DNA from: Camelus ferus
Taxonomy: Eukaryota
Length of the DNA stretch: 64,000 nt
Assembly: GCF_009834535.1 (NCBI RefSeq)
Contig: NC_045698.1
Coordinates: 11,968,001-12,032,000 of the forward strand
Reading direction: 5' to 3'
Part shown: piece by piece, positions 50,601-64,000 of the stretch
Position numbering within the stretch: position 1 is the first letter of the stretch
Layout of the letters: the number at the start of each line of letters is the position of its first letter
Notes under the pieces: model-generated
Seen by the model: the letters and a program-made list of their open reading frames with translations, nothing else
Database searches by the model: none
What the model was told of the DNA's origin: nothing
Made by a program: the position numbers and the translations under genes

Positions 50601-53600
50601 CTCACAACAGAAATTCTGCTGGTGCAGGCCTGGGGTGACCTTAGAAACCTGCCTTTTGCATAAGGGTCCCAGGTGATCCTGAGGCAGCTGTTTCTTACCC
50701 TGAGTTACAACTAGAAGCACCCAGTGAGAAAGTGACACAGAATTCCTGTTTCAAACAGAGAGAGGAGCAGGGAATTGGCTTCAGGCAAGATAGCGGAGCA
50801 GGGACCCAGCTTGCCCTCCCATTTGAAACAACTAAAAAGAAAAAAGAAAGGAAAAAACAGATAAAATATCTGTACATTGATTTTCTAGAGCCAGGGCATT
50901 ATTGTAAGGACAGTGAGCCACGGGGGGCACCTTGAGTTTCAGGCCACGGAGCAGAGAGGAGCCTGACAGGTGGGTCCTGGTGACCACCTGAGTTGAGGAG
51001 ACAGAAGCGAGAGGCAAAGAGGCTGGAGGTGTCAGGACAGGGTGCAGGAGGGCCACCTGCGGGGTGCCCTGGAGTCTCCAGCTGCAGGTGACTGGTGCAC
51101 GTGGGTGAGGAACACAGAGGCCAGGAACAAGGCATCAGAAAGGAAGACAGGGATGAGCTCTGCTCCCACGGCTGGGAATGACGCCCAGTCCCACCTACTA
51201 GACGGGAAAACCTCAGCATTCACATGTCGGGTAGAACACTCAGAAGAATCTTGCCTCAGTAGCTGAGAATAATGAATCCTAGACTAAACACTGCTGCGGT
51301 CCTAACAACTGAAGAGCAAGGTTCAAAAGGATCAAATGGATTTTACGCAATTTAAGCTGTGTCATACGTAGGAATAACAAGTGGTGAGTTTTATTATGAA
51401 GCAAATAACCCACATGGTCAAAGTGGGATCTAACGATTTTATTTCGTTTCCTCTCATACCTCTTTTTCACATTATGGTGTACCATTTTCTTTAAAAGATC
51501 TAAACAAAAACATTGTTATTTAAAGACAAGTTTGTCTTTGTGCAGTTTAAGGGCTGCATCCTCTGGACCTCGAATGCACTTTGATTTCGAGATGCAGCGC
51601 CCAGGCCTCTCCGTTAGGGGGTTCTGTGAGACTGAGAAATGTGACACGAGAGCTCTAAAAATAGACTGTAATTCTGTATGAGAGAACACGTGCTAGCAGC
51701 CCGTTTCATCTCTTTCGCCCCAAGAGCCTGTGAGCACAACAAAAAGTACTGCTGAGACAAATGAGTCCTGGCAGAGAACAAATAATGTCCCTCAGTATCA
51801 TTCCCTTCCGTTCATTCCAATCCACAGGCATTGAGTGTGGTTACCTGTCACCAGTCCTGGCCGGGAGATTTCAAGATGACTAAAGGCACAGCTTTTGAAA
51901 AATGAGTGAAAGTGTACATGTGACCCCAAAATGATTTCTCTCTCGCCCTCATTATATATGACACTTCTTTGTCAAATGACATTTAATTGAATCTAGGGCT
52001 GTTGGGGAGAAAAACATTCAAGAACTGAGCTGGGGATTGGATAACAAATAGGCTTCATTTATTCCAAAAGTTTCCTGACCTGGAAATCGGTATTTCGTGA
52101 GAAATTCCTTCTGGCACCACTTGGGTCCTAACTCCTGACTTCTCCATGGGGTCCCTGGGTCCGGGAGCACTGTCTGCAGACATTACCCTCACATGACCCA
52201 CGAGCATCTGGGAATCCCGAGAAGAACAGGTCTGGTGCCTGTGAAGTTGGCCAGAATGTGAAGCTCCATGAATCTCCATCCTTCATATGGGACAGAGGAC
52301 TTCAGTCCCTTTTCTGATTCAGCTAGGCAACTCAGTCCACTGGAGAGTATTTTCAGATACTGCTGTTCCCTCTCAAACACACACACACAAAAACACACCT
52401 TTCTGGTCACTTTTTAGATTTCCCATATTCTTAAGAACTCATATTGCAATGATCATTTCTGAAGATCTTTAGAACTGTCACACTACCTCCGGAGAAAATA
52501 CATCATTTCATGCTATTTGAGACTTTAAGTCCACAGGAACTGGAAATTGAAGCCAAACAATATTTTACAGAAAGTTTGCAGTGTCAACATCCCATAGGGA
52601 CAGACCTTTTAAAAAGGGGATTTGTAATCACCTAACTTGTCACCTCGCAACCGGGACAGACAGCTGCTTCACCCATCGCACCTATAAATACGCTTTGGCG
52701 GGGAGCCCGCACAGCCCCGTCATTCTCGGCTGGTGACTAACGGTCTCGTGTTCTCTGTTGCTGGTGAACATCTGTTGATGTTAACTCCTGACGAATTTTT
52801 CTTAGAAAGGTCAATCAGTCTCCAGTTACAGATCTGGACGTTTCTTAGCACGATGTGTTAGAATTGTTTTTAATCCTGAGGGTAACGTGACGTGTTCCTC
52901 TGAGTGCGTGCGTGTTTGCGTGCCAGCGTCTGCAGGCAGAGAGACAACCTAAAAACAGGGATGTGTTTCCCTGCACAAACACTCAGATTTAGAACCATGA
53001 CAAAGCAAATAGGATATGTCAACTGGAGGATTAGATAAGCAAACAGGAGATTAAGAAATTTCATAGCACTCAATTTGAAGTCTTCACTTTCTCAGACCAC
53101 TGTACCACATGAACAACTTAACTTCTCCCCGGGGCCAGGGGACCAGGAGGCACCATCTGAGTGTCAGCTCCTTCTGCCCTGAGAGGCGTCTGCAGCCCGG
53201 GGAGGGTGTGCAGAGGTTGATGCCCTCCCTCCGGGCAACTTAGTGTTTTATTTGGAGTGCTTTCTCTTTTTTTTTTTATACACCAAGTTTCAAATGAATT
53301 GGCGATCAGTCACTTTGTGAAATGTCCCTTTCTCCCTCTCTTTTTAGCCTCGGCACTGGCACGTCCTTGGAGCAGAGATCATCCCCACCGAGATGACCTG
53401 GAAGCCTGGCACTCAACCGCCCCTCAGGTTATTTCTTCTATTATTCTAGTTTCTATGAACAGATGCCAGTAGAAGTTATTTTCCAGCCTTTTCAACTTTG
53501 TTAACGTCTCCACAAGTAGATTTTCATAAGCCCAGGGCATGAACAATTTAAATTCCATTACTAGCTCCAAACAGGCACCTCCTGGAAACCTGCAGGGGAT

Positions 53601-55448
53601 TAAACATCTTTTCATTTGTGGAAGCAGGGGTTTATTTCAGTCACTAGCCCTGAGGGAAGAAAAGGTTTCTCCTTTATCCCTGAAGGTCAAGTAATATCTG
53701 AGAATCAGGAAACATTCTTCAAGGAAAATAAGAAATTGTTATCATGATGCAAGTTGGCTAATTTGGATATACGCCTTTCTTTGCATTCTGCTTGGGATCC
53801 ACAATTTCCAAGCAAGTAGGATCCAGGATTTACTGTAATTGGAATCAAAAGGAAGTGTCTCCTTCCTGCTTTTTCTACCTTGACCTAGTTACATGAAACT
53901 TAAGCTTCTGAAACAATATGTGTTTCTTACAGTGCAAAATTCTTCATTAACAATATAGTTTCTCATTTTGGTTTTTTAGAGACCTTACTCATTGTACTGG
54001 GCCAAAGTAGGTATACACAACCCAGACAGATGAAATGATAATCAAGCTCCTCCAAAGTGCTTTTTTCATGAAGGCCAATTAAAATTCATTTTGCTGGGAG
54101 AATCTGTTGTCAGTCTTTGTGATAAAGGGGGTATCCTGGACTACGGCAAACCTGGAGTCAGTGACTATCAGTCATTGGGATATTTATTTAAAATGCTACA
54201 ATGTTCAGTCATGGGCTGCAGTCCCACCTTAGCCCCTTTAAATAGCGCATCTCCCCTTTATCTTCCTTTATAAGCCGGTGAATGATGTTGGTGGCTCTTA
54301 AAGGAACATACCCTTGCCAAGAGGATCACTGTTATCAGTCATAAAAAAACGAGAATTGCATTACAATGTCTGAACACCTGTTATATTGGCCATTGGCCTC
54401 CCTCAAAAGAAGATTTTAATAATAAGCTACTGTGTGTATATTGTATGTTTTAATGGTAAATTAGTGCAACACCATACTTCAGAACAGCATGCCCGGAAAT
54501 GGGTATGTATTTGGGGGTGGAGGTGGGGGACAAACTGGAAAGGAATAGTGAGGGAGAAGGGAGACACGGCTGTGGGCACATGTCACCGAGGAGGTGTCTG
54601 TGGCCCAGGGAGGGTGTGCAGTGAGTTGATGCTATGGAGTGAGGACAAATATCAAAAGAAGTCATTATTTCTCCTAGTGATAGTCTCTTTAGGAAAACAA
54701 AATTATAAAAACTAATTAATAGAGCCTGTCAGATTTAGAGAGAGAGTTTACAGAGAAATGCATTTCCCCTCCTTTCTCACATGCACAAAAGAGCATTAAG
54801 ATTTGGCGGATAAAGAACCACAATAATCGTCACTGTGCGTTGTACACATGGAGACGGAAGGGATTCCTGAATTCACTTTTATTTAACGTAACATCTAACA
54901 TTTTATTTCCATTCACATTAGGAATTTGCTCAGAAAGACTTACTCTTAAAAATTAGTATCCCTTGTGACATGTAGTTCAGTGCAAAGAAGTGAGATGTGA
55001 TGGGTCTAGGCTAAACCTTATTACGCTAGTGGGTCAACTGCCCGCCATCTCCTCCGTCCCCCTTCGTTTTTACCTGTTGCAAGTACTCCACTGTCTGCCT
55101 CTAGAGTTCAAGTCTCTGTCAGTGGTGTCCGGGAGAAGCCAATGGCTGCCACATGTGCTTTGTGTGTGGGGGTAAACGGCGAAGCCAGCATACTGGAGAC
55201 CATCTGCTTGCCCAATATTCTAGCCATTTCCAGGAAGTCTCCTTCACTCAATCAGGTATCACAGGAAAGGGGGCTGTGTGTCCACACCTCCCACGGCTGC
55301 CTCGGGCACAATGCTATATCCAAACCCCTTACTCCTCTCACTCTAGGTCATTGTTTACTAGATTGGCTAGTCGGTAAAATTTTAAATGCCTTCTTGTTTT
55401 ATACACATACAGAGTTTATTAGTATTCCATGTTTTGCTTGTACTCTAT

Positions 55449-56010
55449 TTTAGGGGAGCAAAACTTGCCATCCCCTAATTGTCTCTTTGGCATGGGATTA
55501 TTTTGAGCTAAAAGCAATCAAGGCCCAGAAAACTCAAGAAGAAACTTTGACCTTCCCCCCAACAGCCTAAAAGAATTTAGATAGAGGGTCTGTTCCAGGA
55601 AAAGAGCCATCACCAGAGAAATCTGCAAAGAACACGGGCTAAGTGTGGTGGGGGAGACTCAGCAGGCCTAGAGATGAGTCCACTCTGTGTCCTGTTGTTT
55701 CCTCCCAGCCCAGCAAATATTTATTTACCAAACATTTGCTTTTCTATCTCCATGTCAATGGCCTTCCTTGCCTTTGAAGTCTCAAACCACTGCCTTCAAC
55801 ATCCTCTTCTGTCTTTAGCTGAAGATGGTAGTTAAGGTGAGGGTTTTGGCCATCCTGGTGAGTCACTCAGCTCTCCTGGGTCTCTCCCAGGTATACATAT
55901 TAATAAACTTTGGTTTGATTTTCTCCTGTTCATCTGTCTCACGCCAACTTAATTCTTAGACCAGCCAGAAGAACCTAGAAGGGTAGAGGAAAATTTCTTC
56001 CTCCTGGGCA
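55449..56010 (+). mobile_element. Solo ERV1-type LTR
   Basis: taggggagcaaaa start, AATAAA near the 3' end, and ttcttcctcctgggca end; about 560 bp. Confidence 0.65.
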
Positions 56011-59000
56011 GTATAATTTAGTTACATGAAATAGACTTTATAAGAGCCTATAGAAAGATGAGCTAGCTCTTTGATCAACCTCAGTCATTTACTTTCCCTC
56101 TGTGAGAACCATCCAGAACCACAAGGACAAAACTACTGTGACATGGCATTTAATTGGGCCTGGACATTCCAAGAGTTGTCCCCACCCAGATAAGTAAGTC
56201 AACTAAGTGGTGCTAAACATTCTACCTTGAGCTCCTTGGGAGATCATCATCCTAGGTGAGAGCCATAAAGGTAAGGAGTCTTCAGGGAACTGATCACAGC
56301 CAAAACGGAACCAATGGGGCCAGATGGTCAAAGAAACCACTTATAATTAAACAACACAATGACTATTTTAAACAAAGATGCACTGAAAGACAGAGATATC
56401 TTTTCATCATTGTCTTGAAAGATATTCTATTTTTACATTGTATTTTGATCAGAACTGAATTTTTTATACACATTCTTCTCTCTCTTTTTTTTCCTAACTC
56501 AATTTACCATAATGTATTTTCAAGAAATGGAAAAATGGCTCATCAAAATGTTGGGTTCTAGAAAAGGTAATTGTTTTTAAAGACAGATATAAGCCTTTGC
56601 TTCTCTTCTCATAAACAAAGGCTTATACCTTCTAATCTATGTAATCGTTAACAGAACTGTCCAGTACAAACATGGTTTGAGTAATCCCTGTACACACTGT
56701 AGCCAACAGACACCCCAGACGCTAAGCATATGACTAGAGGTCTTCAAAGTTAAGTTCACTTTGAATATATAGCCAGAGAGGCCAGGAGTGAATCAACACT
56801 GTGAATTCTGTCATGAATCAACTCTTTGGAATCATTAAGCAAATCAAATTAATGTTCTTTTAACGAATTATGCTAAAGAGTGCAGGGATATAATAATGCA
56901 CAGATCAGTGGCATCGTGACCACAGAAGTCACAGGGAGGCTATGTGGAGGTCTGACTAGTCCACAGGAGGAATTCAGGTTTCTCAAGTCTATAAAATTAA
57001 GGAGCTGAATCAGCTCAGATATTAACTGTTTTTGCTAATGGCTCCCTTCTAAATATCTCAGGTATTCAGAGGGTCCATGGGCCCTGGGTTGAGTACAATG
57101 ACAGCTCTTGCTCAAGGATTTTATACTCCATTCACATGTTTGCTTGAAACGCTGAATTTGGCAAAACTCTAACGATACCCTCTACTTTTATGAAATAAAC
57201 ATTTATTTTCTCCTATGAAGAAGAGATTCAGAAAGGGACACTAACTTGAGAGACGAACACTTAAAGCTGGCAACATCCCCTAACACATCCCTGGTGACGC
57301 TGATGGGAAACAGAACCGCAGACAGCAGCTCTCAGTGACACTTCACGTCCTGATGTCAAAGTGTCAGCTCTCGGGACCGGAGAGGTTCCCAGCAAATGGG
57401 CCTCTCATTAAGCTGAGAAGGCCCAGGCTACTTCCATTTTCTGAGGCTGTGAGGCTCTTAAAGATGTAATATATCAATGCTTGTGGTCCTGTAATGGAGG
57501 AACTGAAAGCCATATGAGGAATTCCATCTTTCCTTTCCATCCGATTGCTGATTTCCGGCCCTGGGGACTACAAGGCCAGTGCAGACGCCCATCTGGCCTG
57601 CCTTCTGCGGGCTCAGTCAGCTGGATCCGCGCCGGTGGCCTCGACACTGCAACCTTCGTGATTTGTTACCTTTCTTCGCTAAGGCACTAAAACATAAAAG
57701 TAGGGATTCTGTGCTTGGTCAAAGCAGGGACCTATGATTTCACTGGAAACATGGACTGGGAGATCACAGAGATCGGGGTTAGGGTGTAAAAGCAAATTTA
57801 CTGGAAACAGTGGGTGCTCCTAACTGTCAGGCCCTAATTACCTGGGAGGAATTAAACCTTCCTTTCTCAGATTTTTCATATGGGGTTTAAAAGAGCTATC
57901 ATAGCCTACTTTATCTATTGCAAACAGTGATCACTTTAAGCTGCTCTTTCAGAATTAGATAACTTTTCTATTCCCTTATCTGGGCTGGTATAGGTTACTA
58001 ATTCTAAACCATATTAATGAGAAGTCAGTATGAAGATTCTTAGCCTCACAGTATAACTTGAATATTGTTGACGGAAGACTAACAAACCAAGCAGTACACT
58101 CTTGGGGCAGTCAACTCATTCCAAAAAAATTAACTTACATATACATGTTGTGGGAGTTACAAAATTGCCAACTGAGTTAGGACTTGGAAGAAAGATTAGT
58201 GTTCTTGCATAAAACACACCCCCATGAATTAGCCATGATTTCTAATTGTATTTATTTAAAGAGGTGCAAGAATTTAACGACAAGTCGAACCACCCACATA
58301 AAGGATCATTCTAAATGTTTACACCTATTCTCCACCAAACTTTCTAGTTGTTTGGCCACTTTTTCAAAAAAGTAGCTCTTACTCATTCTCTCTAATACGT
58401 TCAACTTAGTTTTCATAGAGGTAAACAGCTCTGTGTATTAAGATATAAGTTTGCCTACTGTATCAAATGTCAAAGTGACAGGGGTTTAAGAAAGAGAGCA
58501 CTTCTTTTCTCCCTCTTGCACCCAGCAGAGCATTGTGGTCCAGCGCTGTTATGGGATCTCTGTAACGTTGTAGACCCAGGCTCTTTCCATCTTGCTGCTC
58601 AGATGCTCTCAATATCCCACTTCCATCCCACAGTCCACTGCAGCCAGCAGGGAGGGGAAAAAGGGAACAGCGGACACTTCCTCTCCCTTTGAAGTCATGG
58701 CCTGCAATCTGTGTGCAGAGCTTCCACCCACCTCCCACTGGCCAGAACGCAGTCACATGGCCGTGTCTGATGCAAGAGAGTCTAGGAAATGTAACTCAAT
58801 TGCTGGTGGCCATCGTCCAGCTGAAACTTGAGATTCTATCACCAAAGGAAGAGAAGTCGGGTATTCGGGAACAACCAGGAGAATCTCCCACAGCAATACT
58901 CCTTTTGATCTCTTATTTCATCAGGTTACATAATTTACAGTTAAAATTATGCAATTACAATAGCACCAACAGCGGGCATTAAGGTATTTGAGAATAAACA

Positions 59001-62000
59001 CACTGACTCAGTAAGCACACAACTCAGATGGTGGAAGCAGTCATAAACCAGAGCAGGCAGACAACCGTGGTCTGCAAAGGGCCAGGCAGCAGGTATTCTC
59101 AGCTCTGTTGGCCGCTCAGTCCGTCCATTCAGCTCTACCACTACAGCACAAAGGCTGCCGCTGACCGACATGCAAATGGGAGAGCACGAGCGTTCCAATA
59201 AAATCTGAGTTACAAGAGCGGGCTGTGGGGTGGATTTGGCCTCTGGGCTGCACCAGCTTGCTAGGTTCAGGGTGCCATGGGCTTCACGCGGCCCTACTGT
59301 AGTGATGGGCATCAGTGATTAGCCCAGCCGGCTGCCCGGGAACCACCCGGAGAGCTTCTAGTCTAAGGACCCCTCCCACTTATTGTGCATGTTCCAAGTG
59401 CTAGCAACTACATCGGGAACTTTATACTAATTCCTCGCATCCTCACACACTCTGACAAGGTAGGTAAAAAGCCCCCATGTTCCAGATGAGAAAGCAGACA
59501 CAGCCAAGAAGTCGCAGCACCAGGACAGGAACCCAGGACTTTCCAGACCCAACCCAGCAGCCTCCCAAGCCCGCGGTTAGAAAAACAGTCCTTTTGCCAA
59601 TAATATATGAAATAAAAGCACTCCATTTCTTGTCGTAGTACTGGGGAAACTGTTGTTTGCCAGATGTGACTTGTCAAGTATTTCAATGAGAAAGACTTCC
59701 TCTGACCTTAAAACAGTCCTTGTCCTAGAAGTTTATCCAGGTTTCAGCAAAAGGCATCTAACCTTTAGATTTTCCCTGGGTAAAGCTGCTAAGGTCTCAA
59801 GCTTCAGAGCACCGGTAACTGCTGGAGGGGCAAAGTCAAGGTGCCATCAGTAACCCTGCAAACTTGGAGGGTCTTTCAAAGTTTATCTAAATAAACGAAG
59901 TCTATTTCCCAACCCCTCCATCTCCCCCGCCCCCAACTCCTCACCCGGGTGCAGTGGGCCCCACTCACATGACCACTCCACCTCCCCAAGCACGGCAGAC
60001 CACACTAACTCATCACAACACTCTTTCCAGAACCTTCCTGATGAGGCCTCACAATCCAGTCAAAGTTCCAAGCACCATTTCCAGTTTACCGGAGTTGGCA
60101 CGGAAAAAATGAAGTCATTTACCATCAAACCCTCAGCACCCTCAACGCTTACCGTACGGAACAGACCGCCTCCCCCTTTCCCCTCCGCGGTGCCCGAAAA
60201 AGGGATTATCAGTTACTTCCCTTAGTATTGCTGCCAAGGTTTGTCCTATCTTAGTTTACTGAGCCAATCTCTTCTTGTTTCCGCAAGCAGGTCATTAATT
60301 CTAGGTTTATAATCTCCTTTTGTGCGTGTTCCTTTTATAACAAAATCTACACCTCTAAATCTTGCTTCATACAAACAAATATGCTTCTAAGTACTACCAA
60401 ATGGGGAAACTATGACTATTTAGAGTCTGTGTTCAGTTTAATCACTTTGGAAGGAAAGTTACCCACCACTTCTGCTGCACGGCTACTCCAGAAACACGCA
60501 GTTAATTTCTTAAAGAAGGGAGTTCAAACAGACTCAGGCCACCTAATCAGTGAGTCCTGATAGAATGCTCTGAGGAGAAGACATTAGTAATTTCCAAAAA
60601 TACACAAGCACATTTGTAAGCCCCTCATCTTATCCAAAGATGGAGTCTGTCAGTGTCGTTTCTACAGGGCTTAATGTGAAGATGCACCACAGACAGATGG
60701 GTTTGCTTTCCTTCCAAAACTCAAGTGCTTGCTTACAGACCCACCGAAACGCCACCGTGAGATGTCACTTCCTGAGTCACAGAATCACAGTGGTACGCAG
60801 CTGCCTGTTCCGTTTACAGCTGGCAAGGAGGCCACAGCGCAGTGGCAATTACCGCGGGACACTCCTTAAGCCCCACAAGCGGTTATCTGCCCGGCTCTGG
60901 AGCCGCGGTCTCCATCCTGGGCACACAGCAACCCGCCACAAGTCACAGGTACCCGGGAGAGGAGGCATCCGGGGGTCGAGCCTCTCCCACACCTCTTCCC
61001 ACGTCAGGCCCTCACGACTGCAGCCCCCGCCTTCCGAGGCGAGGACTCTGCCGTCTGGCGATCCCTCCTCAGACACCGTGGAGGCCACAGAGCGACATCT
61101 TCAACAGCCCTCGGTGGCGTTTACCCAGTGGGTGTCAATCACACCCAGGGCAAGCCGACCCTCTGAAAATGAGGCCGGGGGTGGGAGTGCGGAGCCAGGA
61201 GGAGGTGTGATCCGGCCTGAAAGACTCACAGGAGCCTCCTTCTAAGGGTAACAGACTGTCCTGAGCTCACCTGACCTGTGTGTGTCCCCCAGGAACAGCC
61301 AGGACACCCCCTGCCCCACTGTTCCCTGGACGTCTGCACCAGGACACTTTGTGCTCTAAATGGACTGCCTTGTGTTGCTACATCCAGGTTTGCCCCTTGT
61401 CTCTGCCAATTTGGGATTAACAGGTGGCAGGTACCATGAGTGAGAGAAGGCACTTCCTGGTGGGAAGGTACCAGGGGAGCACTGAGGTTAGAGAGAGAGT
61501 GGATGAATGAGAGGATGAGAGAGAAATGGGGGGGAAAACAAAAAACAAATAAACAAACAAACAAAAAACCACACGGGGCGCAGCAGCTCAGGGAGAGTCA
61601 TCCTGCTGGATCATCTCACCCACAGAAAACACTGGATGAGATGACACTGCTCTGGCCCACGAGCCAGAAGCCAGGACTCCCCCAGGAGCTCATTTTTATT
61701 TTCCTACTCAGAGTTCACTGGTGGTTTCACAAGAACAGCTAAAGAAGCATAAACAGACTTTTAACCCACTTCTGCCTGAAGGTCTTTACTCCAAGTATCC
61801 TGTGGATACTCAGCTCACTGTCGGATGCATTGGACAGACATTCTCATTCCCCTACGAAGGGGTAAATGCTCTCGCTCAGCATAGGTCGTTGGCGTGATAC
61901 CCATGCTCACTTGGGTTAAATCAATCCCAGGAAGGATCAAAACAACGTGAACCAAACACGCACCCCTTGTGGCCCTATCCAAACAGGAAGAGCACACACA

Positions 62001-64000
62001 CCATCTAGACCAGACCAACCAGGAGTGCCCCAATTCCGCACGCACCCCCGTGCAAATGCAGACTTGAGAACAGCACTTACAGCTGATCCTTTTTATCTGT
62101 GCATGTGTCTACCTGGGTGAACAGGTACAGGGAAATATCTAGAAGGGCATTCATCAAAGGGTTGACTGATTATATAGGGACTGGAGGCTTGGGGGTAATT
62201 TGTACTTTTTGCACTTTTATTTATTTTTAATATTTAACAATGAATTATATGTTAAATATTAACATATTTAACACTTTCACAAAGAGAATAAAGCCACCAA
62301 GAAAAGACCACCATCTAAAGAGAGTCAATGACCACCCATGCTGAGCAGCCTCCTTGTATATCATGACCGGCAATTGGATATTCACAAGGATTAGACCACA
62401 GATGGTCGGGATGTTTTCACTCAAACGTGACCTATTCTATATTGCTTAAGGAAGTGTACAACTTAATTAAATATTAACTATTTCTGAGCACTTATAATGA
62501 GCCATTCACTAAGCTAAATATTTAATGTAGATTACCGTATTTATAAGACAAACCTATAAAGGAAGTATTATTGTCTTCATTTTATGGAAAACAAAATGAA
62601 ATTCAGAGAGGCCACCTAACTAGTCAGTGGTGAGGCTGGGATTTGCAGGCAGGATTGGGAACAGCTTTGCATCCCTCCACAGACCATGTCTGCAGTCACT
62701 CTACGGAACAGTCGAAATAGTTAAGTGTTTCATCTAAAGAAGTGAGCTTCAACTAACGAGGAAGTTATTCTGTATATATAAGTATATTCATCAAGAGACT
62801 AGATCACTGGAGTGTTCCTCTGTTAGGAAGAGATGTCACTGGTTTGCAATTTTTCTAAGAGCAGGAGAGGGAGCCAAACCCAAACGTTTTACTATGTAAC
62901 CTTTCCAATGATAACTGACAAAAGTTCATAAAAACAAATAGTAGGTGAACATTTTTTCTCATTCTGGTAGTTTTAAAATAAAGCCTGCAAGATTCGATGA
63001 CATTCTTCCCAAGAATAAGTGGGGTTCATGTCCTCTCCCCTCAAACCTGGGTTCTTCTACTGTTTGACCAAGAGGACATGGTAGACCTGATGCTTGGCCA
63101 GTTTCTGGACCCAGGCCTGTAACTGGCAGCTCATACTTCACGCCCTCTGATCCAATCATCCCCTTAATGAGTAAAATTAAAGTGGTATCTCTCACTCTCA
63201 TTTATGTGGCAAAATAATTTTGAATAACAGAGGAATATTAATATATGTGGAAAAATCTAAAGGATAGAATATTTTGCAGGCATTAAAAATGCATCCAAAA
63301 TGTTTAATGTCATTGGGAAATTCTTATGAGAGAAAAAAAAAGCAGGGTACAAAATTGTACATATTCTACATAATTATTGTAACTTTGCCAAGAAAATCTG
63401 TCCAAAGAAGTACTAGAGGAAACATAACGATCTTTTTTTTTTTTTAGGGGAGTAAGATTCCAATTCATCCTCTCTTCTTTATATTCATTTTTCTCTGTAC
63501 TATTTTTGTTTCTCCAAATAAAGAGTTGTAACATGTTTTAGTGGGAGGACACCACTGTGTATGAGATTGGCCCCTCAGGTAAGCTCGTGGCCTCACATAC
63601 CTTCTGTGGGACTCAAGATTTCCAGTGAGGAGACACCAAGCAGACCTGGACACAGGTTTGCCCCTGAAGGGACAAAGTCTGGAAAGAAGGACAGCCTGCA
63701 GGAGTGGGCTGTCCCTCTGGCAGGACAGCTTCTCTTGGCTGTCCTGGGACACCCTTTTTGTGGCCCACCATACAGCAGCTGCAGCCCTCCTTGGCACTGG
63801 AAACCAAAGAGGCCTTCATCAGACTGTAGGGATGGCAAAGAATTAGTCACCCTGTGTTTATAAGAAATGAGCTTTCACAGGGCTTGATTACCAGAGCTCA
63901 CCGGGCAGCCGTGAGGGTTTGGGAAGCGCGTTGCTTGCTCCCTGGTGGTTAAGATATTTCACACTAAACAAACTCTCTCGCGACAAGGACAGACTGCATT

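Noticed and set aside
52655..52895. E-box, MEF2-like and CLEAR-like motifs in the RETREG1 intron
   Set aside because: Imperfect matches only; cannot be supported without conservation or chromatin data.
60640..61245. 201-aa ORF in a CpG-enriched intronic patch, or an alternative RETREG1 first exon
   Set aside because: Antisense to RETREG1 with no motif; I could not find the short-isoform N-terminus in the window.

Overview
Mammalian genomic DNA, probably a camelid (inferred from tRNA-derived SINEs resembling the camelid Vic-1 type), with the same gene order as human 5p15. Two host genes lie on the minus strand: complete ZNF622 (6 exons, 1419-nt CDS, 472 aa, CpG-island promoter) and exons 4-9 of RETREG1/FAM134B (ER-phagy receptor, LIR motif DDFELL, one GC-AG intron). 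About 8 kb downstream of ZNF622 is a 5.76-kb class I (gamma-like) endogenous retrovirus on the minus strand (6769-12527). It has about 97% identical LTRs, a CTCC target-site duplication, a tRNA-Thr primer-binding site and a PPT. It is internally deleted (Gag matrix fused in frame to the RT thumb; most of Env SU missing). The most interesting signals are two candidate accessory genes that the ORF track misses. One is a disrupted ~167-codon pre-gag ORF with Cys/His clusters, an Elongin-BC box and a Cul2-box-like motif (Vif-like logic). The other is an intact 58-aa two-helix hydrophobic ORF overlapping the env start (Vpu-like position). The provirus also shows signs of G-to-A editing. The rest is intronic or intergenic DNA with L1, SINE, LTR and MER fragments; their family names are by eye and boundaries approximate.
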